From: an uncultured Candidatus Binatia bacterium
Lineage (GTDB): Bacteria; Desulfobacterota; Binatia; UBA9968; JAJDTQ01
Length of the DNA stretch: 64,000 nt
Direction of reading: 5' to 3'
NCBI GenBank assembly: GCA_965215605.1
Contig: OZ244070.1
Location: 1,216,001-1,280,000, forward strand
A program made the translations under genes and the position numbers. The notes beneath the pieces were generated by a model. It saw only the letters and a program-made list of their open reading frames with translations. It searched no databases and had not been told where the DNA came from. This document shows positions 10,401-19,261 of the stretch, piece by piece. The number at the start of each line of letters is the position of its first letter. Positions within the stretch are counted from its first letter, which is position 1.

Positions 10401-10969
10401 AGTCGACTCCTCAGGGATTCAAGATCGTCCGCGCGCCGCTGGAGGTCGGTCTGCTGGACCACCGCCTTCTGCACCTCGTCGGACGCGTTGTTGAGCTCCC
10501 GGCGTTGCCGGCGGCCAACCTGGCGAGACACGCCGGAGAACAGGTCCGAGCCGATCTTGTCCAGATCGAATCCGCCGGACATCTGCCGCCGGATCTCCGA
10601 AGCAATGTCGGCGGTGCCGTCCCGGGACGGATCGATCAGATCGCGCAGTCGCAGAAAGAAACAGCGGTGGTTGTGGGAAGGGGGGAGGCTCGGGAGGACA
10701 TGCCCGTCGTCGCCTCGCTGCCAATCAGCGCGATTCCCTTCGCGCTGCGCAGACCACGATTCTCCATCCAACTCGAACTCGGCGCTTACGGACGTGAGCA
10801 GCGAGGGATGACGGTCTTCCCAGTACACGCTTTCGAGGGCGCGGCAGATGCTCGACTTGCCGACCCCGTTGGGTCCGAACACGACGTGGAAGCCCGACCC
10901 CGCCGCTTCGATCTCGAAGGGTTGGCTGATGCCCGGCAACCGGTTGATGGCGAGCCGTTTGAGCTTCAC
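7427..10969 (-). CDS. YhaN-like (AAA_27, Rad50/SbcC-like) coiled-coil ATPase with two central TM segments
   Basis: Probable start GTG 10969 (VKLKRLAINRLPG) overlaps the upstream stop; Walker A GPNGVGKS, signature LSDGT, Walker B LFLDE; long coiled coils. Confidence 0.85.
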   Translation of the reverse strand: MKLKRLAINRLPGISQPFEIEAAGSGFHVVFGPNGVGKSSICRALESVYWEDRHPSLLTSVSAEFELDGESWSAQREGNRADWQRGDDGHVLPSLPPSHNHRCFFLRLRDLIDPSRDGTADIASEIRRQMSGGFDLDKIGSDLFSGVSRQVGRRQRRELNNASDEVQKAVVQQTDLQRRADDLESLRSRLEEADAASGRLVLVERAIGLATRRQELSGIMERIHALPGALANLTGKEVEEVERYQHQADTLAERERSLEQQLLKTREARQQTALDTPVEPSDLAAWRENADELSRIELELDAARSERNATRRKLGAALHEVGDHEAHLVGGTALTLSEHGELFAFLRSSQEYAIQANTLRERLRQLQRAELPAEAERDLERLRAGAEALRGWLRAPEPESVAARVRTRWPWLLFAGVMTLAGALALLIEKVGLVWVQERSIALVSIAGLIGGLGVGAALAVLMLGHRGRSDADRSTARSVFEDLGLDPPAEWDLPTVRAHLNRLERVTADMEAAIEQSRDNSLQRRRLENELEGLSEQETALEVRRKEIGERLGLETIPPDAELVDFARALDQLRMARSEDEAAAGQMESLEHKYSALLSNLTGILEQHGEAKPEDAATAKARVHHIADRSSRLEQALSDERSITAKIEEIAVDREATAKSIARIYGDASLSEGDMKGLVALIHSLQHYRDLINERTSLEGQIGLDHAELAKAGAERLAESDGLSLERLKDDLLRVEARAGELRSEIAEITTRTDAARNGNGTQGLIAVREEARAKLRDLRDDALYAKAGHFLMDAVTREYEHSRMPRVLERARAHFFAFTHHNYKLELGKDNGAPRLFAREARGGEVREIDELSDGTRVQLLLAARIAFAEEVEQGKTMPLFLDEALDQSDPRRFEAVVRSLGRVAREQDRQIFYLTSDPMDVDRIRDALRKEDCELTAGIDLGLIRTQTASVSGFQALKVELGPAVPAPDGLSSEEYAMALDVPAFRPELGYAEQHFYYLLWDAPDLLHDFLLNGIERAGQWTTVVDTPLAERLGSRSVSLADVTARLDLLETFCELWMKGKGRPVDRVALEECDGLSERFIEDVAAVARGLDDDARRLMAALDDNSDPRLRDFEKSNVEKLRHHLTETGHLDDAPVLTENDLRLAALITPAAASLPHGVANDCLGRWWVWAQGSSRL

Positions 10970-12309
10970 GTCTCCTTCCTTCGCTCGCCGCCGGCAAGCA
11001 TGGCGTTCAAGGCAGCCTTGCCGGCCTTGAAGAGGACCTCCCGCATGGCGTCGTCCGATAACGGATCCACTGCGCTGCGATGCTCCTGAACGGGCTTCCA
11101 GACATCCTCCCGGGCCACTTCTCCCAACTCCGCGCGGGCCTTGTCGAGCAGCGCCCTCGCCCGGCCATCGTCGCGCGACAGCGCCAGCAGCCGCTGCGCC
11201 ATCATCGCCGCAGGGTCGTCGCCGGATGCGATTCGCGCGAGGTCCAGGCGCAACTCCATCGCGTCCACCACCTTGCTGAAGAAGACCACCGTGCCGTCGA
11301 CGACGCGTCCCATGGTGCTCCACTCGCCGCCCGCGATCCACTGCCGGATGTCCTCGTAACAGCCGCTCGTCCCGGTGAGCCGCACGTGCAGACCGAGCGC
11401 CCGAGGCAACGGGGCGACGCCGGCGAGACGGCGGACGAGGCGCTCGGCGTCGCTCATCAGCCTGTCGCCGACATCGTCGACATGCTCGAGTCCGTCCACC
11501 CGGATGGACACCGGTTCCCATCGCAAAGGCGCGAAGGGGATCAACCGAAGGTCGATGCTGCCTTCGCTGGAAATCTTCAGAAGCCAGGGGCCGTGAGGCC
11601 CCGTTTCCGACGGGTCGAGACCCACCAGCGATCCGAGATAGCCGAATGGCCGCGTCCCCTTCGACGCGGACAAGCTCTCGATGGAAGGCTTGTGGATATG
11701 GCCCAGCAACCAGGCGTCGTACCCGGCGTCATCCAGCTCCGTCTGCCTGATGGGCGCGTAGGGGCCGCGGGAGACGCCCAGGTCGGCGTGCAGCAGGCCG
11801 ATGCGCGGAACCGGACGCGCCGGCGCCGGCAACGGCCGCTTCAGCAGTTCCGCCAGCGGACTCTGGCGCACGCGCTCCTGACCGAACGACCAGCCCACCA
11901 CCTCGGCCACGGGAATCCCGCCTTTCGATATCGTGCGGGCTTCCCAGCGGCCGCCGGCGCCCAGCACGCTGAACCCGTCGATCAGCGCCGCCAGCCGCGG
12001 CAATGCCTCGACATCGTGGTTGCCTGCCACCGCCACCACCTCGATGCCGGCCTCGAGCAACCGTCGCACGCACTCCTCAAGCGGCGCCATTGCCTCGAAA
12101 CGGGCATTGGTGCTCTCCACCACGTCGCCCGCGAACAACACGGCATCGAAACGGTTCTCGATGGCAAGATCGACGGCAAGCCGGAGCGCGGCCGCGGGCG
12201 TGAACTCGCCCGGGTCCACGCCTTGAGACTCGATCCAGTCGGGCACACCCGAGCAGGCCGTGCCAAGGTGCACATCTCCTATCGCGAGAATGGAAGCGGC
12301 GTCACTCAT
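10966..12309 (-). CDS. YhaO-like (Mre11/SbcD) metallophosphoesterase DNA repair exonuclease
   Basis: GDVHLG, AGDVVE, GNHD, GLLH, LGHIH; translationally coupled to the YhaN-like ATPase. Confidence 0.88.
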   Translation of the reverse strand: MSDAASILAIGDVHLGTACSGVPDWIESQGVDPGEFTPAAALRLAVDLAIENRFDAVLFAGDVVESTNARFEAMAPLEECVRRLLEAGIEVVAVAGNHDVEALPRLAALIDGFSVLGAGGRWEARTISKGGIPVAEVVGWSFGQERVRQSPLAELLKRPLPAPARPVPRIGLLHADLGVSRGPYAPIRQTELDDAGYDAWLLGHIHKPSIESLSASKGTRPFGYLGSLVGLDPSETGPHGPWLLKISSEGSIDLRLIPFAPLRWEPVSIRVDGLEHVDDVGDRLMSDAERLVRRLAGVAPLPRALGLHVRLTGTSGCYEDIRQWIAGGEWSTMGRVVDGTVVFFSKVVDAMELRLDLARIASGDDPAAMMAQRLLALSRDDGRARALLDKARAELGEVAREDVWKPVQEHRSAVDPLSDDAMREVLFKAGKAALNAMLAGGERRKET

Positions 12310-12514
12310 TCTTCAAGCCGGTAAGGGTCCTTCAAGCCCGTCCAAGGGTTCGAAGCGTTAATCATCTGCAATAGAGATTATCCACGAATCTCGGATGTTC
12401 GCAACACCATCGGCCCTTTCCGACCGCTCCGCTCCTGCTTGGCGGACTCCTGCGCCCCTTGCGCCGGCTTGTGTTCGCCGGCTCGAAACAACTATGCTAT
12501 ACAACAATTGCGAG

Positions 12515-12585
12515 TTTGCCGACCGTTTAGCAGACCCCATTTTAGCAGACCCCATTTGCCAACCCATTTGGACCGTTTGCCGCAT
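12515..12585. repeat. Short degenerate tandem repeat in a divergent intergenic region
   Basis: TTTAGCAGACCCCAT twice exactly (12526-12555), flanked by degenerate TTTGCCGACCG / TTGCCAACCCAT / TTGGACCG units. Confidence 0.7.
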
Positions 12586-12710
12586 TGAACAGCAGCCGAG
12601 TTGTCGCGCACCGCGGGGGGTGACCGGACCATCCGGTCACTTCATCGCAAGGCCACAAATCCCTGCCATCCCGGAGGCGTTGGACCGGAAGGCGCAGGAG
12701 GTACCTTTCC

Positions 12711-14120
12711 ATGAGCCGTTCTCTTGAAGCCCGTTTCAGACTGACCGTTTTCGCAGTCATCTTGCTCCCCGTGATGGCCTTGACGGGGAGCGTCTACTTG
12801 TGGATGGCAGGCAGCAAGGCCGAGGAACGCCCGTACGTCGGTCTTCGGTCCGTTGCATTGCGCGGCGACGCGTCGAAATTGACCGAGGTCGCCGCAATCC
12901 TGGCGGAAGCCATCGACCGTTTCATGATCGACCGTATCGGCGAGGCGCGGGCATGGGCGTCGTCGCCGGTGGTGGTGAACGCGGTAAACAGGTTGCGCGA
13001 CGCCCACGCAAAGCAGGGTCTGGACGCGCTGTCCACTCAACAGGTCGAGGAAAAGTTCCGTATCGAGAAGACCCTGGGCCTCGCGCCCGACGCAGAGGCG
13101 TACCTTCGCGAACAGCTCAAGAGTTCCCCGCATTTCGCGGAGGTCTTCTTTACGGATGGTCGGGGCTACAACGTGGCGCTGACGAACCCCACCTCCGATT
13201 TCGTGCAGTCTGACGAAGAGTGGTGGCAACGGGCATGGTCGTCCGGGTTTTCCGTCGGTGAGATCGAGTTCGACGAGTCGGCCGGCGTGTGGGGGCTGGA
13301 CCTTTCGGTGCGTATCCAGGACCCCGGCACCGGGGCCTCCATCGGGGTGTTGAAGGCAGTGGTCTCGATACGCTTCGTCCAGGCGTTCGCTGACCGTCTC
13401 GCGCTCCGCCTTTCCGCTCCCGGCCAACTCCTGCATGCTCAGTTGGCTGCCGCGAGGACCCGCGGCGACTCCAGATCCGCGGACCCGGCAGAGACCGGGG
13501 TCCATTTGCTGGTGGGGAGCGCCGACGGGCAGTTGATCGCGGAAACGCGCTCCAGACACGCCCGCGGCCGCATCATGCAGCCCGAGCTCAACCTGCTTTC
13601 AGGTGAGTCGCTCGGTCACTTCAATCAAGGCTACGGGGGCGAGCGTTCCGGAGCGTTCATCGCCAACCGGGATGGTCCGGAGGGCGATTCCGAGAAACCC
13701 AGTCATCTGGTGGCCTTCGCCCGTTCGGGGGGCTCGGACGTCTACGCCCCGGTGGCTGCAAACTTTCCCGGCTTTGACTGGATCGTCCTGGTGGACGCTC
13801 CGAACCTGAGTGGTTTTTCCGTCTTGCCCGGCGTCCCGGAGACGCCGGATCAGGCAGGTCGGCTGTCCGGCGTTCTCTGGCTCGCGGCCGCGACTTGCCT
13901 GTCGCTGTTCCTGGCGTCGGTCCTGCTGTGCTGGCTGTTCGGCAAATGGGTGCTGGCGCCCGTGCGCATGCTGACCGACCGGGTTCGGAACCTGGGACAA
14001 GGGCAGATCGGCGGGAAGATCACCGCGCCATCCAACGATGAATTCGCCGACCTCGCCAGCGCCCTCGATCAGGTCCGCCAAGTCATCTCCAGGATGGCGA
14101 ACCGGCTGCAACGGAACTGA
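12711..14120 (+). CDS. Cache/PDC sensor-TM-HAMP protein without output domain (paralog 1)
   Basis: N-terminal TM, EVFFTDGRGYNVA...SDFVQSDEEWWQRAW (Cache-like), second TM, HAMP (PVRML...DEFADLASALD), then stop. Confidence 0.8.
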   Translation: MSRSLEARFRLTVFAVILLPVMALTGSVYLWMAGSKAEERPYVGLRSVALRGDASKLTEVAAILAEAIDRFMIDRIGEARAWASSPVVVNAVNRLRDAHAKQGLDALSTQQVEEKFRIEKTLGLAPDAEAYLREQLKSSPHFAEVFFTDGRGYNVALTNPTSDFVQSDEEWWQRAWSSGFSVGEIEFDESAGVWGLDLSVRIQDPGTGASIGVLKAVVSIRFVQAFADRLALRLSAPGQLLHAQLAAARTRGDSRSADPAETGVHLLVGSADGQLIAETRSRHARGRIMQPELNLLSGESLGHFNQGYGGERSGAFIANRDGPEGDSEKPSHLVAFARSGGSDVYAPVAANFPGFDWIVLVDAPNLSGFSVLPGVPETPDQAGRLSGVLWLAAATCLSLFLASVLLCWLFGKWVLAPVRMLTDRVRNLGQGQIGGKITAPSNDEFADLASALDQVRQVISRMANRLQRN

Positions 14121-14211
14121 TGGGCAGAACCAGTCCCCGAGCGCCAGGCGACCGCGACCGCAACGGCTCAGGTTGCCTCGACTTACCGTGAGTGTTATAC
14201 AGGCTAACCCT

Positions 14212-14877
14212 ATGAAATATCCGCCGTTTCGAGCGCGTATGCTCGGCGTCGCGGCCGTCGCGGTGCTTGTTGGAGGGGTTGCCGCCTGTGATGGCGGCTC
14301 CTCGAACGAAGGCGACCCATCGGTCGAACCTGCTTCGACCGAACGCCCCAGCGAATCAAGCGGAGGTTCCGGATCGGAGCAACGCGCCGGGATTTCCCCG
14401 AGGGTCATGGCGGACGCGCTGTTCGCGCTCATGTCAGCCGACCGCAACATTTATTCGAACCAGGTCGTCTACCGTCTACAGGACGTGGAGGAAGTAGTCG
14501 ACGCCAGCGAGGACTGGCATGACCGGAAGAGCTTGCCGCTTCCGGCGCAGATGTTCCGCATGGGCGCGCAGTTGGTGGCCAGGCAGACCGACACGTTCAG
14601 CTACTCTCTGCTGTCCAAGTGGCCCATCAACAAGGACAACGCTCCCAAGACCCAGGTGGAACGAACCGGCCTGGACGGCGTCGCCGAGAACTCCTCGAAG
14701 CCCGTCTACGGCCAGGAGACCATCAGGGGCGTTACTCACTTCACCGCGGTGTATGCCGATGTCGCAGTTTCACCCGCCTGCGTGACCTGCCACAACGCCC
14801 ACCCGAACAGTCCGCGGACGGACTTCAAGACAGGCGACGTGATGGGCGGCGTCGTGATCCGCATCCCCTTGCGCTAA
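14212..14877 (+). CDS. DUF3365/Tll0287-like c-type heme lipoprotein (paralog 1)
   Basis: Lipobox VAAC, PLPAQMFR, heme motif CVTCH, DFKTGDVMGGVVIRIP. Confidence 0.8.
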   Translation: MKYPPFRARMLGVAAVAVLVGGVAACDGGSSNEGDPSVEPASTERPSESSGGSGSEQRAGISPRVMADALFALMSADRNIYSNQVVYRLQDVEEVVDASEDWHDRKSLPLPAQMFRMGAQLVARQTDTFSYSLLSKWPINKDNAPKTQVERTGLDGVAENSSKPVYGQETIRGVTHFTAVYADVAVSPACVTCHNAHPNSPRTDFKTGDVMGGVVIRIPLR

Positions 14878-14991
14878 CGGCGCGGACTCTGCTTGACACG
14901 CCCGCCCCGCCTTGGTACCGGGCTTCATGCAGCAAAGAAGCCCGCGAGCGGCTCTTACGGGTCTTGCCTACCAGGAAGGGAAGCTGAAGCC

Positions 14992-15594
14992 ATGAAACAC
15001 TTTGCGGGCAGACAGCATCTTCTCTGCCTCGTGCTCGGTTTGCTCGTCGCGGCGCTTGCTGCCTGTGAGAGAAACCCCCAGGCCAAAGCCCAACAAAAGG
15101 CGCAGGTTACCCCGGAAATGATGGCCGACGCCCTGTTCATCGCGGCGTCTTCCGCACTGACAGTCTATTCGAACCAGGTGGTCTACCGGCTGCAGGACGT
15201 GGCAGGGGTGATCAGCGCCAGCGAGCAATGGCCGACCGAACATGACAAATTGCCGTTGCCGGCCCAGATGTTCAGAATGGCCTCGGAACGGGCGGCCACG
15301 CAGACCGACCGGTTCAGTTTTGCGCTCATGTCCAAGTGGCCCATCCGGGCGGAGAACGCGCCGGGCACCGACATCGAGAACACCGGACTCGAAAGCGTTC
15401 TCGCGAACCCGACGAAGCCGTACTACGGTCGCGAAACCGTCGACGGCACCGAGCAACTGACCGCGGTCTATGCCAGCGTCGCGGTGTCGCCGGCCTGTGC
15501 GAGGTGCCACAACGACCACCCGGACAGTCCGCGGACCGACTTCAAGGACGGCGACGTGATGGGCGGCGTCGTCGTGCGCATTCGCTTGGACTGA
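14992..15594 (+). CDS. DUF3365/Tll0287-like c-type heme lipoprotein (paralog 2)
   Basis: Lipobox LAAC, PLPAQMFR, CARCH, DFKDGDVMGGVVVRI; clearly homologous to the preceding gene. Confidence 0.8.
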   Translation: MKHFAGRQHLLCLVLGLLVAALAACERNPQAKAQQKAQVTPEMMADALFIAASSALTVYSNQVVYRLQDVAGVISASEQWPTEHDKLPLPAQMFRMASERAATQTDRFSFALMSKWPIRAENAPGTDIENTGLESVLANPTKPYYGRETVDGTEQLTAVYASVAVSPACARCHNDHPDSPRTDFKDGDVMGGVVVRIRLD

Positions 15595-15838
15595 CACGCC
15601 TCCGCCCCCTGTCTTTCCGGGCCAATCCCGGAACGAGAGGCGCGCGCCTCTCGCGGCATGAGCGCCCCCACGCGTCGCGATCCAGCGGTCTCGCCACATC
15701 TCGGGCCGGTAGTCATTTGACAAGGCCCTTTTCTCTCGCCAACTCGGCGGCCAAACGCGCCCTGAAAACGACGACACCCGCGAGCGCGGGCAGGTTACTG
15801 TGCCCTCTCGCGACCGGGCGCTGGGGCAGCGGTTTGGG

Positions 15839-17173
15839 CTAGGGGCCGAACTCGGGATAGGCATCGTTGCCGTGCTCGGCCATGTCCAGACCGGACCTCT
15901 CGGCTTGCGGCGACACGCGCAATCCCACGGCGGCCTTGATCAGGCTGAACATCACAAAGCCGCTGACCATGCTGAAGACGAAGACGGCCACCACACCCAC
16001 GAACTGGGCCAGGAGCAGGTCGACTCCACCACCGTAGAAAAGTCCCGAGCCGCCGTGAAACAGTCCCAGCATGATCGTCCCGAACGCGCCGCCCGTGCCG
16101 TGAACGGATATGGCGCCCACCGGGTCATCTATATGAATCCGATCAAACGCCAGCACGGAGAATACGACAAGGATTCCCGGCAGAAAGCCGAAAAACACGG
16201 CGGCAACCCACGGTTCCACATAAGCACATGCGCCGGCGACGGCCACGAGACCGCAGAGAACGCCGTTGAGCGTCATCGTGATGTCGGGTTTGCCGAACAG
16301 GAACCACGCGGCCACGGTGGCGCCGATGGCGGCGGCCGCACCCGCGAGGCTGGTATTGGCGGCGATCACCGCTATCTGGTAGACGCTGGCGCTCATCAGG
16401 GTTCCCGTGTTGAAGCCGAACCAACCGAACCACAGGATGAACATCCCGAGCGTCGCCATCATCATGTTATGACCCGGAAGGGCAAGCGGCAGTCCCCGCT
16501 CGCTGTATCTCCCGATCCTGGGTCCGAGCACGATCACCCCGGCCAGGGCGAACCATGCGCCGGTGGAGTGCACCACCGTGGACCCGGCAAAGTCCAGCAT
16601 GCCCAGCGTCGCAAGCCATCCGCCGCCCCACACCCAGTGGCCCACCACCGGATAGAAGAAGAGAGAGATGAGGAAACTGAATATGAGGTAGCTCCCGAAC
16701 TTGGTACGCTCGGCCATGGCGCCGGCCACGATGGTGGCGGAGGTGGCGCAGAACATCAGGTGAAAGAGCCATGCCGTCATGGTCGGAACCGATGCCCAGG
16801 CCAGGGATGGGTACAGGTCGCCCATGTCCGGCGCAGTGAAGAAACCCGTGGTTCCCATGAACGGGTTGCCCTCGCCAAACATGAGGCCAAACCCCAACAT
16901 CCAGAAGCCCAGCGAGGCGATGGCGAAGTCCCCGACGTTCTTCATCATGATGTTGACCGCGTTCTTGGCGCGGGTAAACCCGCCCTCGACCATGGCGAAG
17001 CCCGCCTGCATGAGGAACACCAGCATGGCCGCGATGCAAGTCCATACCGTGTCCGCCGTCACCTGCCACTCCGGCACCGGCCTTTGGTCCACTCTGCCGT
17101 CCAATGCGTACGCGACGGCGGGCAACAACACCCACGCGAGCCCCATGGCAAATAATATAACGGGTCGTCCCAT
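15839..17173 (-). CDS. amtB: Ammonium transporter
   Basis: MQAGFAMVEGG, GAMAER, DFAGSTVVH and DDPVGAISVHG (twin His), WFGWFGFN; AGGAGG RBS before ATG 17173. Confidence 0.95.
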   Translation of the reverse strand: MGRPVILFAMGLAWVLLPAVAYALDGRVDQRPVPEWQVTADTVWTCIAAMLVFLMQAGFAMVEGGFTRAKNAVNIMMKNVGDFAIASLGFWMLGFGLMFGEGNPFMGTTGFFTAPDMGDLYPSLAWASVPTMTAWLFHLMFCATSATIVAGAMAERTKFGSYLIFSFLISLFFYPVVGHWVWGGGWLATLGMLDFAGSTVVHSTGAWFALAGVIVLGPRIGRYSERGLPLALPGHNMMMATLGMFILWFGWFGFNTGTLMSASVYQIAVIAANTSLAGAAAAIGATVAAWFLFGKPDITMTLNGVLCGLVAVAGACAYVEPWVAAVFFGFLPGILVVFSVLAFDRIHIDDPVGAISVHGTGGAFGTIMLGLFHGGSGLFYGGGVDLLLAQFVGVVAVFVFSMVSGFVMFSLIKAAVGLRVSPQAERSGLDMAEHGNDAYPEFGP

Positions 17174-17416
17174 CACGAATGACCTTCCTCCTCCTGCTTG
17201 TCTTTGGAACGCGGCCGCACCGGTGCGGCGTCCGCGGATGAACACCGGTCAGACTACCACCGTGTTCGACGGATTGCTATACTTCGGGCCGGCCTCCTTG
17301 ACAATGTTGGTATCTTCGCGTTGGTTGTCGTAGAATGACAGGATGGTGTTTTGTCAACGGCGCGTTGTCAGCCACCGTCGTCATTCGCCAAAGAACCGCA
17401 AACCGGGGGTCCCTCT

Positions 17417-19216
17417 ATGGAACGAAGAAAACGGGAAGACGGAGAACAGGCCGAACAGACGACCGATTCTCCCCGTCCGAAGTCCTATATCTATCGCGGA
17501 GTGCGATACGGAGAATCCGCCGGCGACGCCGGCGACGAGCCGGCAGCAGGACTCGAGGCCGCCGGCGAGCCGGTGGACCTGTCCGTGCTGTCGGAGCATC
17601 AGCCGTCCGGCCCCGCCGGGCGGGAACAGCCCGCGGGGGGGGATGCCGCCGTTGTTCCCTGGTGGGAGAACGCCTCGGCGTTCGGCGAGATCGCGGGGGA
17701 AACCGAGCCCGCGAGCGAGGACAGGGAAGCCGCCGGCGAGCCGGAGGCAGACAGCGGGCCCGGGTTCTTCTACAGAGGGATACGGTACGGCGAGCCCGAG
17801 CCCGAACCTGAACCCGAGCCTCCGGCCGAGTTGCCGGAGGAGCCGAAGGCTGCCAGTCCGCAAGAGGACGAGACAGGACCCGAATTCGAACTTTCGTGGT
17901 GGAGGCGCACTCCGACGCCCACCAGAACCGCCGGGGAGGAGGCGACCGAACCCCTCGCCGAGACGGCGGACTACCTGCCGCCGGAGGAGCCGGACCGCGG
18001 CGATTACCACGCAAGCCAGCAGGAGGCGCCGGAGAGGTCCGGTGAGCCGGCGGGCGCACAACGGGTGGAGCGCCCGCCGGCGCGCCATCCCGTTGGACAA
18101 GAGGAACACGCCGGCGCGAGGACGGAGCCTTCCGGAGGCGGCTTCGCGGGAGAAGGTCCCGCCGTTGCCCGGGTGGAGTCGGAACGGAAGCCGCCCGCGC
18201 CGCCGCCGGCCCCGCCGGTCAGCTTGCCCGCGGCGGCCGGAACCCCTTCCGAGGACCGGCCCGCGGACGCCATCCGCTCGCTTGCGGCCGAGATCTGTCC
18301 CGGCGACCTGCTGATGGTGGAGATGGTCGGGGCTCCATTGCCGGAGTGGGCCGGCCCGGCGGTGAACGCGGCGCGCGACGACATGGAACGGCGGGTGAGC
18401 GCGCGCGAGCCGGTGGACGCGAACGAGTACCTTCGGCTGGCTATCATCGAGAACGTCCTGGGCCTTCACGATGAGGCCGAGGCGCACCTCAAGGAAGCAC
18501 TGCCGCGGAGCGACCGGCTCGGACCCGTTCTCAACGCGCTGGCGGTAACGAGCCTGGCGCGCGGAAAGATCCCCCCCGCGGTCGTCTACGCCAGGGAGGC
18601 CCTTCAGGAGACCGGCGGAGACGATGGCGTGCGCGCGATGGCTTCATCCAACTTGGCGGAATTCTACCGTATCCAGGGTGATGAAGCCCAGGCGGCTGAA
18701 GCCTACGAGAAGGCCATCGACGGCCTCGGACCGCAAGGCGACGCTCTCTGGATCGCGCGGCTGCATCTGAACGCCAGCCGCCTCCACCGGCGCATGGGCC
18801 AGACGGACAAGGCGCGCGCGCACCTTTCCGACGCGGTGCAACGGTTCAAGGACGCGGGCGACGGCGCGGGGCAGGTCCAGGCGCTTGCGGACCTCGGCTT
18901 GATCCTGACCGAATCGGGCTCCCACGACCTCGCCGTGAGGAACCTCGAGGAAGGGATACGCATCTGCTTGAGAACCGGAGACCGGCCCGGCGCCTCCCTG
19001 GTGCAGCACGCGATCGGCCTGGCCTTCATGGGCCAGGACCAGTTGACGCGCGCCCTCGCCTATCTCGACAGCGCGCTGACACTGTACCACGAGCTGGGCA
19101 ATCGCAAGGGTGAGGTGGCCATCCTGGGCTGCATGGGGAAAATCCAGGAGTCCCGTGGCGATGTCGACGAGGCGCAGCGCTTCTACGATGCGGCCAAACG
19201 CCTTGACGACTCATGA
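17417..19216 (+). CDS. TPR protein with long acidic disordered N-terminus
   Basis: E/P/A-rich N-terminal half with two YRG(V/I)RYGE motifs; C-terminal TPR helices (NLAEFY...YEKA, DLGLI...LEEG, AIGLA...LDSA). Confidence 0.75.
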   Translation: MERRKREDGEQAEQTTDSPRPKSYIYRGVRYGESAGDAGDEPAAGLEAAGEPVDLSVLSEHQPSGPAGREQPAGGDAAVVPWWENASAFGEIAGETEPASEDREAAGEPEADSGPGFFYRGIRYGEPEPEPEPEPPAELPEEPKAASPQEDETGPEFELSWWRRTPTPTRTAGEEATEPLAETADYLPPEEPDRGDYHASQQEAPERSGEPAGAQRVERPPARHPVGQEEHAGARTEPSGGGFAGEGPAVARVESERKPPAPPPAPPVSLPAAAGTPSEDRPADAIRSLAAEICPGDLLMVEMVGAPLPEWAGPAVNAARDDMERRVSAREPVDANEYLRLAIIENVLGLHDEAEAHLKEALPRSDRLGPVLNALAVTSLARGKIPPAVVYAREALQETGGDDGVRAMASSNLAEFYRIQGDEAQAAEAYEKAIDGLGPQGDALWIARLHLNASRLHRRMGQTDKARAHLSDAVQRFKDAGDGAGQVQALADLGLILTESGSHDLAVRNLEEGIRICLRTGDRPGASLVQHAIGLAFMGQDQLTRALAYLDSALTLYHELGNRKGEVAILGCMGKIQESRGDVDEAQRFYDAAKRLDDS

Positions 19217-19261
19217 AGTAGGGCATCCTCGCGGTTTGGCTGACTTGCGCTGTTACCGGAG

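Noticed and set aside
7349-11089. 1246-aa plus-strand ORF
   Set aside because: Antisense shadow of the YhaN-like ATPase in GC-rich DNA; no motifs.
10970-11521. N-terminal 184 aa of the 1364-aa ORF call
   Set aside because: Overlaps the yhaO-like gene in another frame; the real start is the GTG at 10969 overlapping its stop.
12515-12585. Possible CRISPR array
   Set aside because: Adjacent 15-bp repeats without spacers, and no cas genes in the window.
17290-17372. Cluster of TGACA/TGTCA motifs between amtB and the TPR gene
   Set aside because: No correctly spaced -35/-10 pair, no sigma54 motif and no consistent operator spacing.
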